NCBI GenBank assembly: GCA_017513085.1
Contig: JAFWDK010000019.1
Location: forward strand, 64,001-128,000
DNA length: 64,000 nucleotides
Source: Clostridiales bacterium
GTDB lineage: Bacteria; Bacillota; Clostridia; Saccharofermentanales; Saccharofermentanaceae
Direction of reading: 5' to 3'
The notes under the pieces: generated by a model
What the model saw: only the letters and a program-made list of their open reading frames with translations
Told to the model about the DNA's origin: nothing
The model's database searches: none
Part shown: positions 1-9,089 of the stretch, one piece after another
Numbering within the stretch: the stretch's first letter is position 1
How the letters are laid out: each line of letters begins with the position of its first letter
Made by a program: the position numbers and the translations under genes

Positions 1-1948
1 CCTTCGCCGCGGCCTTCATTTCCTTATCCAGACGCGCCGCCAGTTTCTCAAGCTCCGCACGAGACATTTTGGTCTTCTTCTGATTCATCAGGTTAGACAG
101 ATCCTTCATATCGATCTGGTCTTCCCTGCTGACTTCTTCCATCGTCTCCAGAACATCACGAACTTCTTTCGAAACACTCTTCGGAGTAATATTGTTATCT
201 CTATTATACTGGATTTGTATCTCACGTCGACGATTCGTTTCCGATACCGCTTCGAACATGGAATCCGTCACTTCATCCGCATAGAAGATAACACGACCGT
301 TTACGTTTCTTGCCGCGCGTCCGATCATCTGGATCAACGAGCGTGTCGACCGCAGGAAGCCTTCCTTGTCAGCGTCGAGGATCATAAGCAAAGACACCTC
401 CGGAATATCAAGTCCTTCACGAAGGAGGTTGATACCGACCAGCACGTCAAATTCACCCGTTCGCAGTTCGCGAAGGATCTTCATACGGTCTACTGTATCG
501 ATATCCGAATGGAGGTATTTCACTCGGACCTCTTCCTGTTTAAGATAAGCCGTCAGGTCTTCACTCATCTTCTTTGTTAATGTCAGGATCAAAGCACGCT
601 CACCTTTCTTGACCGTCTCGCGAATCTCAGAAAGGATATCTTCCATCTGTCCATCGACCGGACGGATCGAAATTTCCGGATCCAAAAGGCCGGTCGGACG
701 GATGATCTGTTCGACTGTCTGTCCGCTATGTTCCGCTTCATATTTGGAAGGAGTGGCAGATACAAAGATCGTCTGACCCATCTTCTTTTCAAATTCCTCA
801 AACTTCAGCGGCCGGTTATCGAACGCGGACGGGAGACGGAATCCGTAATCCACCAAAGTCGTCTTTCTCGAACGGTCTCCGTTATACATCGCGCCGATCT
901 GCGGCACGGTCACATGCGACTCATCGATCATAAGAAGATAGTCCTCCGGCATAAAGTCCATAAGCGTAAACGGTGGAGAACCCGGAGCTCTCTGGGTCAA
1001 GTGTCTCGAGTAATTCTCGATCCCCTTTACAAAACCCGTTTCCGCCAGCATCTCCAAATCGTATCTTGTCTTCTGCTCGAGACGATAAGCCTCGATAAGC
1101 TTGCCCTGCTCCCGAAGCTCGGCAAGGCGCTCGTCCAGCTCGGCCTCAATCGTCACGAGCGCACGATCCAGTTTCTCTTTCGTTGTCGCATAATGCGAAG
1201 CCGGAAATATCACGGCATAATTTCTGTTCCACATGACTTTCCCGCTCAGGTAATGCACTTCCGAGATCCTCTCGATCTCGTCACCGAAAAAGGTCACACG
1301 TGTCAGCAGTTCCTCGGAAGACGGCGGAAAAATATCCAGCGTGTCTCCCTTCACTCGAAAAGCGCCTCGCGTGATCTCAAAATCATTTCTGACATACTGC
1401 AGGTCGATCAGGTGACGGATCACCTCTTCTCTGGACTTCTCCATTCCTACACGAAGATTGATCATAAGATCCTTATAGTCAGAAGGATCACCTAATCCAT
1501 AGATACAGGAGACCGAAGCAACTACGATCACATCTCTTCTTTCCAGGAGCGAGCTGGTCGCACTGTGACGCATGCGATCGATCTCATCGTTGATATCGCA
1601 ATCCTTCTCAATATATGTATCCGTTGAAGCAATGTATGCTTCCGGCTGATAGTAGTCATAGTACGAAACAAAAAACTCTACCGCATTATCCGGAAAAAAG
1701 GCTTTAAATTCTGCGGCAAGCTGTGCCGCCAAAGTCTTATTCGGCGCAATAACAAGTGTCGGTCTTTGCGTCTTCTCAATAATGTTCGCCATGGTGAATG
1801 TCTTACCGGATCCGGTTACACCAAGAAGCGTCTGACCGCGCATGCCGGAAGAAAGACCTTCAACGAGTTTCTCAATCGCCTGAGGCTGATCTCCTGTCGG
1901 TACAAAAGGAGAGTGGATCTTAAATTGTCTGCTTGTATCTATTTCCAT
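1..1948 (-). CDS. uvrB: Excinuclease ABC subunit B (3' end runs off the window)
   Basis: Manual translation from the ATG at 1948 gives [31 protein letters not shown]...[15 protein letters not shown]...[10 protein letters not shown]. The frame at base 2 matches the start frame and reads as the UVR domain ([10 protein letters not shown]). It is absent from the ORF track, probably because its stop lies outside the window. Confidence 0.97.
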   Translation of the reverse strand, partial: MEIDTSRQFKIHSPFVPTGDQPQAIEKLVEGLSSGMRGQTLLGVTGSGKTFTMANIIEKTQRPTLVIAPNKTLAAQLAAEFKAFFPDNAVEFFVSYYDYYQPEAYIASTDTYIEKDCDINDEIDRMRHSATSSLLERRDVIVVASVSCIYGLGDPSDYKDLMINLRVGMEKSREEVIRHLIDLQYVRNDFEITRGAFRVKGDTLDIFPPSSEELLTRVTFFGDEIERISEVHYLSGKVMWNRNYAVIFPASHYATTKEKLDRALVTIEAELDERLAELREQGKLIEAYRLEQKTRYDLEMLAETGFVKGIENYSRHLTQRAPGSPPFTLMDFMPEDYLLMIDESHVTVPQIGAMYNGDRSRKTTLVDYGFRLPSAFDNRPLKFEEFEKKMGQTIFVSATPSKYEAEHSGQTVEQIIRPTGLLDPEISIRPVDGQMEDILSEIRETVKKGERALILTLTKKMSEDLTAYLKQEEVRVKYLHSDIDTVDRMKILRELRTGEFDVLVGINLLREGLDIPEVSLLMILDADKEGFLRSTRSLIQMIGRAARNVNGRVIFYADEVTDSMFEAVSETNRRREIQIQYNRDNNITPKSVSKEVRDVLETMEEVSREDQIDMKDLSNLMNQKKTKMSRAELEKLAARLDKEMKAAAK

Positions 1949-1966
1949 AAAGACTTCCCGCTTTTT

Positions 1967-1980
1967 CGAACATATTTTCG
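1967..1980. promoter_or_regulatory. LexA (Cheo/SOS) box upstream of uvrB
   Basis: CGAACATATTTTCG versus the Firmicute consensus CGAAC-N4-GTTCG (1 mismatch). It lies just downstream of a TG-n-TATACT -10 (plus 1989-1994). Confidence 0.85.
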
Positions 1981-2056
1981 TTCCAATCAGTATAGCACAT
2001 ATCCATATAAAGTAAAACACCTAATACAATACGACCTACAGATTGACCAAGACGAC

Positions 2057-2108
2057 AAAAGCGGCAAGCAAGTGCTTTTGACAAAGGCGAAAACGCTTAC
2101 TTACCGCT
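2057..2108 (-). terminator. Intrinsic terminator after the XRE gene
   Basis: About 20-bp G:U-rich stem on the minus strand (GCGGTAAGTAAGCGTTTTCG / CAAAAGCACTTGCTTGCCGC) followed by TTTT. Confidence 0.75.
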
Positions 2109-2147
2109 GTTATATTTTCTTTTTCATGATTGATTATGTAACCGCTC

Positions 2148-2378
2148 TTATGCCGGCGTATCCACAACAAGAATACGTTCGATCGGAACCTGGAATGTTA
2201 TGGACAGTACGACCAGGTTGTCGATCGTAGGCATCGATACGCCCCGCTGCCACTTGTATATGGCCTGAGGAGTGGCAAATCCGAAAATATCCTGAAGTTC
2301 GCGTACGGACATTCCTGCATTCTCACGAAGCCGTACGATATTACTTCCTGTTTCTTCCATGTTGATGATTGGTAACAT
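2148..2378 (-). CDS. Small XRE-family helix-turn-helix regulator (76 aa)
   Basis: NIVRLRENAGMSVRELQ...TPQAIYKWQRGVSMPTIDNL HTH_3 pattern; GGAGG RBS. Confidence 0.9.
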   Translation of the reverse strand: MLPIINMEETGSNIVRLRENAGMSVRELQDIFGFATPQAIYKWQRGVSMPTIDNLVVLSITFQVPIERILVVDTPA

Positions 2379-2415
2379 AGCTCATTCCTCCATTCTATTT
2401 CAAAAAACTAATAAT

Positions 2416-2451
2416 AAAAAACCGCTTTTCCTGACATTCCAAGAAAAGCGG
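2416..2451 (-). terminator. Intrinsic terminator (attenuator) between the leader ORF and the XRE gene
   Basis: CCGCTTTTCTTG-GAATGT-CAGGAAAAGCGG-TTTTTT on the minus strand; 12-bp stem. Confidence 0.85.
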
Positions 2452-2479
2452 CGAATCAAACTGATTATATACCGTGGAA

Positions 2480-2632
2480 CTACCGGATGAAGTGTTCCAC
2501 GAAAGCTTCTCTTGGAATATTGAGTTTGCCTGTTTTGGCGACCCAAATAGTATCGTGCACAGAGTAACCATGCATCGCTGTTGTACCGGCGATATTCTGC
2601 TTAATGTAATTCACGATACGTACTGATTTCAT
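2480..2632 (-). CDS. 50-aa leader peptide / small ORF (MKSVRIVNYIKQNIAGTTAMHGYSVHDTIWVAKTGKLNIPREAFVEHFIR)
   Basis: Strong RBS GAAAGGAG 10 nt before the ATG at 2632. The longer start at 2698 in the ORF track lies inside the promoter. Confidence 0.7.
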   Translation of the reverse strand: MKSVRIVNYIKQNIAGTTAMHGYSVHDTIWVAKTGKLNIPREAFVEHFIR

Positions 2633-2688
2633 TTGTGAAACACTCCTTTCTTTAAAATTCGATCTTACGAGCCTTGCTCGATATAGAT

Positions 2689-2717
2689 ACTTTACCACTA
2701 TGATTTTTATTTGTCAG
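2689..2717 (-). promoter_or_regulatory. Sigma-A-type promoter of the leader ORF/XRE unit
   Basis: CTGACA-17 nt-TAAAGT with an extended TG. Confidence 0.55.
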
Positions 2718-2767
2718 TATACCAGCAGTATAAAAATCCACGAAATTTTATTATCTCAACTTTGGCA

Positions 2768-3226
2768 TTATTCGTTATAGTACACATAAACATACGGAGT
2801 GGAGCTGTTTTCCATGCAGACAAACATAACGACGGAACCCTTGCTCCTCCTTCCTACGATTACCCAGGAGACAGAAGACGGATTCGGCACGATCTTCTGT
2901 CCGGAAAAAAGTGTATACTTCTGGATATTGTACTCAGCCAGAGGGATCTCGTGAAAATCATCACCATAGAGTCCATGTGCTGTCTGAATCACTTCGTTCA
3001 TGTGGGCAACCGTATCGATACGGATCTTCGCTTCAAAAGAAGTCCTACGAAAAATAGAACCGGACGGACGGTAATCTTCGATCGTGCAATATGACGGCAC
3101 ATCAAAACCTGTCTTTCTTTCGATCACTTTCTCTTTTTCGTCAAGGACAAAGAATACTCCCAGTACCACTGCGAAAACGATCAACAACACTGCGATGATG
3201 GTCAACTTCTTCTTATCTTCGTACAT
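2768..3226 (-). CDS. Hypothetical protein with N-terminal membrane anchor
   Basis: KKK plus a hydrophobic helix at the N-terminus; the start overlaps the tatD stop (TAATG). Confidence 0.75.
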   Translation of the reverse strand: MYEDKKKLTIIAVLLIVFAVVLGVFFVLDEKEKVIERKTGFDVPSYCTIEDYRPSGSIFRRTSFEAKIRIDTVAHMNEVIQTAHGLYGDDFHEIPLAEYNIQKYTLFSGQKIVPNPSSVSWVIVGRRSKGSVVMFVCMENSSTPYVYVYYNE

Positions 3227-4035
3227 TATGTATCCTTTCCGAAAAGCCGTCTGGCATTTTCTGTTGTGATCCGGGCCATCTCTTCAGGCGAGATCTCCTT
3301 GATCCTTGCCATTTCTTCCACTACATACCGGACGTAAGCCGGTTCATTCCTGTGACCACGATACGGTACCGGAGTCATATACGGCGAATCCGTCTCTACA
3401 AGAAGACGGTCCAAAGGACACATTCGGATCACATCCGGTGCTCTTCGTGCATTCTTGAAAGTGATCGGACCATCGAAGCCAAGATAGAAACCCATCTTCA
3501 GAAGGATCTCTGCGGTCTCCGGGCTTCCGGAGAAGCAGTGCAGCACGCCCGGCACCTCACGGAGTGCATGCTGTTCGTGCAAGGATCTCAGGATGAAAAG
3601 CGTATCTTCACATGCATCACGTTCATGGATCACGGCAGGAAGATCATAGCGGTAGGCAAGCCCCATCTGATAAATGAAAGCCGTAGCCTCATGGACCGGA
3701 GACGCATCGTCGTAATGGTAATCCATTCCGATCTCTCCCACAGCCACGATGCCGAGCTTATCTTTATGTTTCAGCCAGTCCTCAAGACGGAACTTTGCTT
3801 CATCATCAAAAGATTTCGCCGTTTCCGGATGTACACCGACCATGCAGGAAAGTTTCACACCACAATTCTCTTTCATCTTCCGAAGCTGAAGAGAGATCTC
3901 ACTATCCTCTATGGTAGAACTGGCCAGCATGATGTGTGTAACACCCGCTTCCTTCGCATTATGAAGGACCTGGTCAATATCTTCCTTATAGTCTTCACGC
4001 CAGTTCAAATGAGCATGCGTGTCAAACATCTCCAT
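3226..4035 (-). CDS. tatD: TatD-family metal-dependent DNase
   Basis: FDTHAHL, GVHP, VGEIGMDY, HCFSG and ETDSPY motifs; follows metG as in other Firmicutes. Confidence 0.95.
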   Translation of the reverse strand: MEMFDTHAHLNWREDYKEDIDQVLHNAKEAGVTHIMLASSTIEDSEISLQLRKMKENCGVKLSCMVGVHPETAKSFDDEAKFRLEDWLKHKDKLGIVAVGEIGMDYHYDDASPVHEATAFIYQMGLAYRYDLPAVIHERDACEDTLFILRSLHEQHALREVPGVLHCFSGSPETAEILLKMGFYLGFDGPITFKNARRAPDVIRMCPLDRLLVETDSPYMTPVPYRGHRNEPAYVRYVVEEMARIKEISPEEMARITTENARRLFGKDT

Positions 4036-4038
4036 GGA

Positions 4039-5982
4039 TCAGGAAACCTCCGCTCCAGGCTCTACGCCTTCCGGCACGGAAAGAAGTGCATAGTCACCGT
4101 TCGGTTTCTCCGCGCAAAGGATCATGCCATAGGAATCAAATCCACGAAGCTTTCTCGGAGCCAGATTAGCCACCCAAACGACCATCTTTCCAACCATTTC
4201 TTCCGGTGTGTAGTACTGTGCAATACCGGAGAGGACCTGCATCTTACGATCACCTACATCCAGCTGCATACGAAGAAGCTTATCTGCCTTCGGTACTTTC
4301 TCACACTCGAGGACCTTCGCAGCACGAAGCTCAAGTTTTGCAAAATCGTCGTAAACGATCTCTTCTTTATGCTCGAGTACCTTGCCCTGTGCAGCTGCCA
4401 ACGCCGCTTCAGAGATCTTCGCCAGTTCTTCCATCTCCTTATCCATATCCAGTCTCGGGAAAAGCACTTCCCCTTTCTGTACGGTTACATCTGCCGCGAG
4501 CACGCCTGTCTCACCGGACTTTTCCCATGCAGTGGCCTCTTCTGTCGCGCCGATCTGTCTCCAGATTTCCGGACAGGTATTCGGCAGAACTGGATTCAAC
4601 AGGATCGAGCAGATACGCACAGTATCCAAAAGGTTATAAAGGACTGATGCCAGTCTGGCTTTCTTGCTCTCATCCTTTGCCAGTACCCATGGCGCTGTCT
4701 CATCGATATACTTGTTTGCGCGGGCAATGACCTTGAAGATCTCTGCCAGAGCATTGGCAATGTGAAGATCCCCATAGTTTGTCTCCACATACGGCTTCAG
4801 TGCTCTTGCCATAGAAAGGAGTTCCTCATCCAGCGGATCGCTCTCACGTTCTGTCGGGAGCTTGCCGTCAAAGTACTTGATCGCCATGGCGACAGTACGG
4901 GACACCAGGTTACCCAGATCATTGGCCAGATCGTTATTGATACGCTGAACCATCTGCTCATTGCTGAACGGGCAGTCTGCGCCGAAAGGCATCTCACGCA
5001 GGAGATGGTAACGTACGGCATCCACGCCGTATCGGTCAGCCAGGATAAACGGATCAATGACGTTACCGGTGGACTTACCCATCTTCGCGCCGCCGAATGT
5101 GATCCAGCCGTGACCATAAATATGTTTCGGAAGCGGAATATCCAGAGCCATCAGCATAGCCGGCCAGATAAGAGAATGGAAACGGACGATCTCCTTCGCC
5201 ATGACGTGCACATCTGCCGGCCAATATTTCTCAAAATCGTTATATGTAGAGTTTCCGTATCCCAGTGCCGTGATATAGTTGCTGAGCGCATCGACCCAGA
5301 CATATACGACATGCTTGGTATCGAAAGATACCGGAATGCCCCAAGTGAAACTCGTTCTGGAAACGCAGAGATCCTCCAGACCCGGCTTGATGAAGTTGTT
5401 GATCATCTCATTGACACGGGACTTCGGCTCCAGGAAATTTCTCTCCTCATCCAGAAGCAATGCCTCCAGACGGTCGCTGAATTCGGAAAGCTTGAAGAAA
5501 TATGCTTCTTCTTCCGCATCGGTCACGTCACGTCCGCAATCCGGGCACTTGCCGTCCTTGAGCTGGCTCTCGGTCCAGAAGGACTCACAAGGTGTGCAGT
5601 ACTTGCCTACGTATTTTCCCTTATAGATATATCCTTTATCGTAGAGGGCCTTGAAAATGTTCTGTACCGACTCCACATGGTACGGATCTGTCGTACGGAT
5701 AAAGCGGTCATACGTGATGCCCAGACGGCCCCACAGTTTCTGGAAGTTGGCAACGATTCCATCAACATATTTCTTCGGTGTTGTACCCAGCTCCGAAGCT
5801 TTCTTCTCGATTTTCTGGCCATGCTCATCTGTACCGGTCAGAAACATGACATCATAACCCTGCATTCGCTTAAATCTGGAAACCACGTCGCAAGCGAGCG
5901 TCGTGTAGCAGTGTCCTACATGAGGATTTCCGGATGGATAGTAAATCGGGGTTGTAATGTAAAATTTCTGTTTTTCGGCCAT
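4039..5982 (-). CDS. metG: Methionine--tRNA ligase
   Basis: YITTPIYYPSGNPHVGH (HIGH), KMGKS (KMSKS), Zn knuckle and C-terminal tRNA-binding domain; AGGAGG RBS before MAEKQ. Confidence 0.98.
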   Translation of the reverse strand: MAEKQKFYITTPIYYPSGNPHVGHCYTTLACDVVSRFKRMQGYDVMFLTGTDEHGQKIEKKASELGTTPKKYVDGIVANFQKLWGRLGITYDRFIRTTDPYHVESVQNIFKALYDKGYIYKGKYVGKYCTPCESFWTESQLKDGKCPDCGRDVTDAEEEAYFFKLSEFSDRLEALLLDEERNFLEPKSRVNEMINNFIKPGLEDLCVSRTSFTWGIPVSFDTKHVVYVWVDALSNYITALGYGNSTYNDFEKYWPADVHVMAKEIVRFHSLIWPAMLMALDIPLPKHIYGHGWITFGGAKMGKSTGNVIDPFILADRYGVDAVRYHLLREMPFGADCPFSNEQMVQRINNDLANDLGNLVSRTVAMAIKYFDGKLPTERESDPLDEELLSMARALKPYVETNYGDLHIANALAEIFKVIARANKYIDETAPWVLAKDESKKARLASVLYNLLDTVRICSILLNPVLPNTCPEIWRQIGATEEATAWEKSGETGVLAADVTVQKGEVLFPRLDMDKEMEELAKISEAALAAAQGKVLEHKEEIVYDDFAKLELRAAKVLECEKVPKADKLLRMQLDVGDRKMQVLSGIAQYYTPEEMVGKMVVWVANLAPRKLRGFDSYGMILCAEKPNGDYALLSVPEGVEPGAEVS

Positions 5983-6146
5983 TTGATATGCGCCTCCTTT
6001 TATTTGCAAATTGCATTTTGTTATTATAACAAGAATATATAGAGAAAATCAATGAATCAGCCATACTTATATACCATCCGGATACTTTGGCCGGAAACGT
6101 CAGTACACAGCACATAAAGAAGCCGTAGTGAAGCAACCCGCCACCT

Positions 6147-6548
6147 TCACATAAATGTCAATTCATAGATTTCGCGGATCGCGATCACTTCGCCATCGGC
6201 AAAAACGAGAGTATTGCCTACCGTATCGATCACCCGTACCCTGCCTTGTTTTTCCCGGTAACTGCCTCCGGATTTCCGATGATCCGGAACAAAATAACGA
6301 ATTCGCACTTGCGGCATTTCTTTGATCCGCTTCGAAAGGACCGCCATCTCTTGATCGATCTTTTCCAGTTCGTCCTCCATTCTCTCGATCCGGGGATCGG
6401 TAAGCCGCGCCGCCTCCGCAACTGCCTTGTCATACCCCACAACTGCTGCAAAAGGAGAAAACTGAGCTGCGCGATCTGCCAACGGCATCGGTGGAAGATC
6501 CTCATAAACAGGACGCGAAAGATGTCGAATGTCATCATACTTGCTCAT
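6147..6548 (-). CDS. YolD-like protein, partner of the Y-family polymerase
   Basis: YDDI..L.RP...PPMPLADRAAQFSPFAA signature; ATGA overlap with the polymerase stop. Confidence 0.85.
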   Translation of the reverse strand: MSKYDDIRHLSRPVYEDLPPMPLADRAAQFSPFAAVVGYDKAVAEAARLTDPRIERMEDELEKIDQEMAVLSKRIKEMPQVRIRYFVPDHRKSGGSYREKQGRVRVIDTVGNTLVFADGEVIAIREIYELTFM

Positions 6549-8059
6549 GCTCTATGTCCGCCGATCTGGCTGTTTCTTAAGATCGCCGTGCCTCCTTCAT
6601 TCAGATTCTTCGCCTTGATCACGGCATTTTTACCGAACTTTTTCTTGATTTCCACCATAGTCTGCTGAAGTTCGTGCTCTTTCACTTTCTTCTCGCTTTG
6701 TAGCGACGTGGTCTCCACTTTCGCCGACCGGTTTTCCGTCTCCACGATAAGATCGAAAAGACTCATCTGCCGATACGGTCTCTCGTTCGCTGCTGCTTCT
6801 TCCCGAACGATATGGCAGGCACAAAGCCCGATCCTTCTGGAAAGAAGATTCTTGTCCATGATCCGTTCCAGAAGTTCAACTGCCGCTGCCGTGATAGTTT
6901 TCGTCGAAGAAGTATAGGCATTCAGATTGATCGTACCGTGCGCATGCTTCGGCACCTGCCGGCCATAGAAATCTGTCGTGATCTCACCCTGATAACTGCC
7001 ACTCTGAAGACTCGCCCGATCATAACCGACTGTTAAGACCAGCTGATCCGTTACCAGTCCCTTCTCCACCAGATCCAAAGACATCACATCCGCCATCTCC
7101 CACACGATCAGTCTGGTATGCTCATAACTCGTAGGTTCCGTGAGCACCTGACCGGAAGAAATGCTGTTATTCTGCGGTTTGTACGCCTTCACATCCGCCA
7201 TCGTCGCAGGCTCGATCCCCCAGGCATGGTCGACCAGAAGCTCAGTATTCTTACCGAAAAGCGTCTGAAGGAAACCCATTCCCTCCCTGGTAAGAGAAAG
7301 GCGGGCTATATCGCCCATCGTTCTCACGCCGCACTTCGCAAGTCTTGCAGAAATCCCCCGCCCCACACGCCAGAAATCGGTCAACGGCTCATGTGCCCAG
7401 AGTTCATCCTTATACTTCTCTTCATCCAGTTCGGCGATCCGAACACCATCTTTATCTGCAGGAATATGCTTCGCCACGATGTCCATGGCCACTTTGCAAA
7501 GATACATATTCGTCCCGATCCCCGCCGTAGCCGTGATTCCGGTCTCATCAAGAACTGCACGGACCATCTTCATGGCAAAATCATGTGCCGAGATCTTATA
7601 CATCTTCAAATAGGTCGTACAATCGATAAATACTTCGTCGATCGAATAGGCAAAAATATCCTCCGGCGCGACAAAACGAAGATAAACACCGAATATCTTC
7701 ACGCTGACCTGCATATAACGCGCCATCTGAGGCGTCGCAACCACATAGTCCAGTTCCAAAGACGGATCTTGCGCCAGCTCCGAGGCCAGATAACTCTTTC
7801 CCGAGAACAATCTCTTCGGAGCCTGAAACTGCCTTACGGTATTGATCTGTTTCACTTTCTCGACCACCTCGAAAAGTCTTGCTCTTCCCGGAAGACCGTA
7901 CTGTTTCAGACTCGGCGACACAGCAAGACAGATCGTCTTCTCCGTACGGGAGGCATCCGCGACAACAAGATTCGTGTTCAAAGGATCAAGCCCGCGTTCC
8001 ACACATTCCACGCTGGCATAAAAGGATTTCAGATCGATAGCAATGTATGTCCGTTCCAT
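6545..8059 (-). CDS. Y-family (UmuC/ImpB/UvrX-like) translesion DNA polymerase
   Basis: IAIDLKSFYASVE, YSIDEVFID, clamp-binding QMSLF and C-terminal IGGHRA. Confidence 0.93.
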   Translation of the reverse strand: MERTYIAIDLKSFYASVECVERGLDPLNTNLVVADASRTEKTICLAVSPSLKQYGLPGRARLFEVVEKVKQINTVRQFQAPKRLFSGKSYLASELAQDPSLELDYVVATPQMARYMQVSVKIFGVYLRFVAPEDIFAYSIDEVFIDCTTYLKMYKISAHDFAMKMVRAVLDETGITATAGIGTNMYLCKVAMDIVAKHIPADKDGVRIAELDEEKYKDELWAHEPLTDFWRVGRGISARLAKCGVRTMGDIARLSLTREGMGFLQTLFGKNTELLVDHAWGIEPATMADVKAYKPQNNSISSGQVLTEPTSYEHTRLIVWEMADVMSLDLVEKGLVTDQLVLTVGYDRASLQSGSYQGEITTDFYGRQVPKHAHGTINLNAYTSSTKTITAAAVELLERIMDKNLLSRRIGLCACHIVREEAAANERPYRQMSLFDLIVETENRSAKVETTSLQSEKKVKEHELQQTMVEIKKKFGKNAVIKAKNLNEGGTAILRNSQIGGHRA

Positions 8060-8091
8060 TTCTTATTCTCCTCGCCTCCACATTACATTAA

Positions 8092-8105
8092 AGAACAAAC
8101 TTTCG
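8092..8105. promoter_or_regulatory. LexA box 1
   Basis: AGAACAAACTTTCG, just downstream of the minus-strand TATAAT (plus 8111-8116). Confidence 0.7.
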
Positions 8106-8147
8106 CTTTTATTATACACGCCACAAAATGAAATGTCTCTACTTTTC

Positions 8148-8161
8148 AGAAAATTTGTTCG
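8148..8161. promoter_or_regulatory. LexA box 2 (overlaps a CodY-like 15-mer at 8141-8155)
   Basis: AGAAAATTTGTTCG (reverse complement CGAACAAATTTTCT). Confidence 0.7.
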
Positions 8162-8255
8162 ACTTTTTCTTCAGCCGTACTCCGCTTCACTTTAAAATCA
8201 CCTGTGGTACAATGATTTCCATAAGATCAAATCCGAAAAGAAACGAGAAATATTC

Positions 8256-9089
8256 ATGCTCTTTATTCTCTGCGCACTCACGGCCGAAGCCAAACCGTTG
8301 ATCTCCGCTCTTTCTCTGCGGAAGGACAACACATCCTGTCCCTACGACACATATTTTGCCGAGGACAATTCCGTCGTGCTTGCCATCTCCGGTATGGGCA
8401 CAGTTGCCGCCGCTTCTGCGACCACCTATCTTCTCACTCGTTTCGGAACCAAAAAAGAGCAGGACCACCTCATTAATTTCGGGTCCTGCGCCGGCAAAGA
8501 CCCGGGAATGTATCTGATCAACAAGATCACCGACGACATCTCCGGCCGCGAGTATTATCCCGATATGCTGTACGACCTGAGTTCCGCCGGTCTTTCTTTT
8601 TCTTCGGAAAAAGCACTGACGACAGTCAACCATGTCGTCTCTTCCCTGGAGGATCCGGATCAACTCTACGAGATGGAAGCATCCGGGATATTTCAGGCTG
8701 GTTCTCACTTTCTTCCACCTCATCGGATGCTTTTCCTGAAGTATGTTTCCGATTCAGGCGTGGAAGATCCGAAATCCATAACCAATGCGCACCTGACGGC
8801 TTGCGCCGAGCAACAGCTTTCTACAGTGCTTTTGATCCTCGGAAAACTCAAGAATATCTCTGAAGAAATACCTTCCATCGACGAAGATCTGTTTCTCTCG
8901 GCTTCTTATGCCCTGCATCTTAGCGAAACATTACGGCACGAGCTCTACCAGCTCTTCGTCTACGCACGGTCGGAGAATATCGACATAGAGAAGATCCTCG
9001 ACGGATTGAAAAAAGAAGGCAGGATACCTGCTCCCTCCAAGCGCGAAGGAAAGGAGGTCCTCCATGCCATCCGGGAACGACTTATTTAA
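8256..9089 (+). CDS. Nucleoside phosphorylase/MTAN-superfamily protein with C-terminal extension
   Basis: ALTAEA, SGMG...AA, INFGSCAG, YEMEASG and KYVSD motifs of the PNP_UDP_1 fold. Confidence 0.8.
   Translation: MLFILCALTAEAKPLISALSLRKDNTSCPYDTYFAEDNSVVLAISGMGTVAAASATTYLLTRFGTKKEQDHLINFGSCAGKDPGMYLINKITDDISGREYYPDMLYDLSSAGLSFSSEKALTTVNHVVSSLEDPDQLYEMEASGIFQAGSHFLPPHRMLFLKYVSDSGVEDPKSITNAHLTACAEQQLSTVLLILGKLKNISEEIPSIDEDLFLSASYALHLSETLRHELYQLFVYARSENIDIEKILDGLKKEGRIPAPSKREGKEVLHAIRERLI

Noticed and set aside
215-2230. Plus-strand ORFs of 121-255 aa in the ORF track
   Set aside because: They are antisense shadows of uvrB, which the track missed; the same applies to long antisense ORFs over metG, leuS, rho, ppx and leuC.
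5983-6146. Expected T-box or S-box leader before metG (and before leuS at 19544-19673)
   Set aside because: Sigma-A -10 elements lie within about 40 nt of the starts, and no T-box sequence or terminator is visible.
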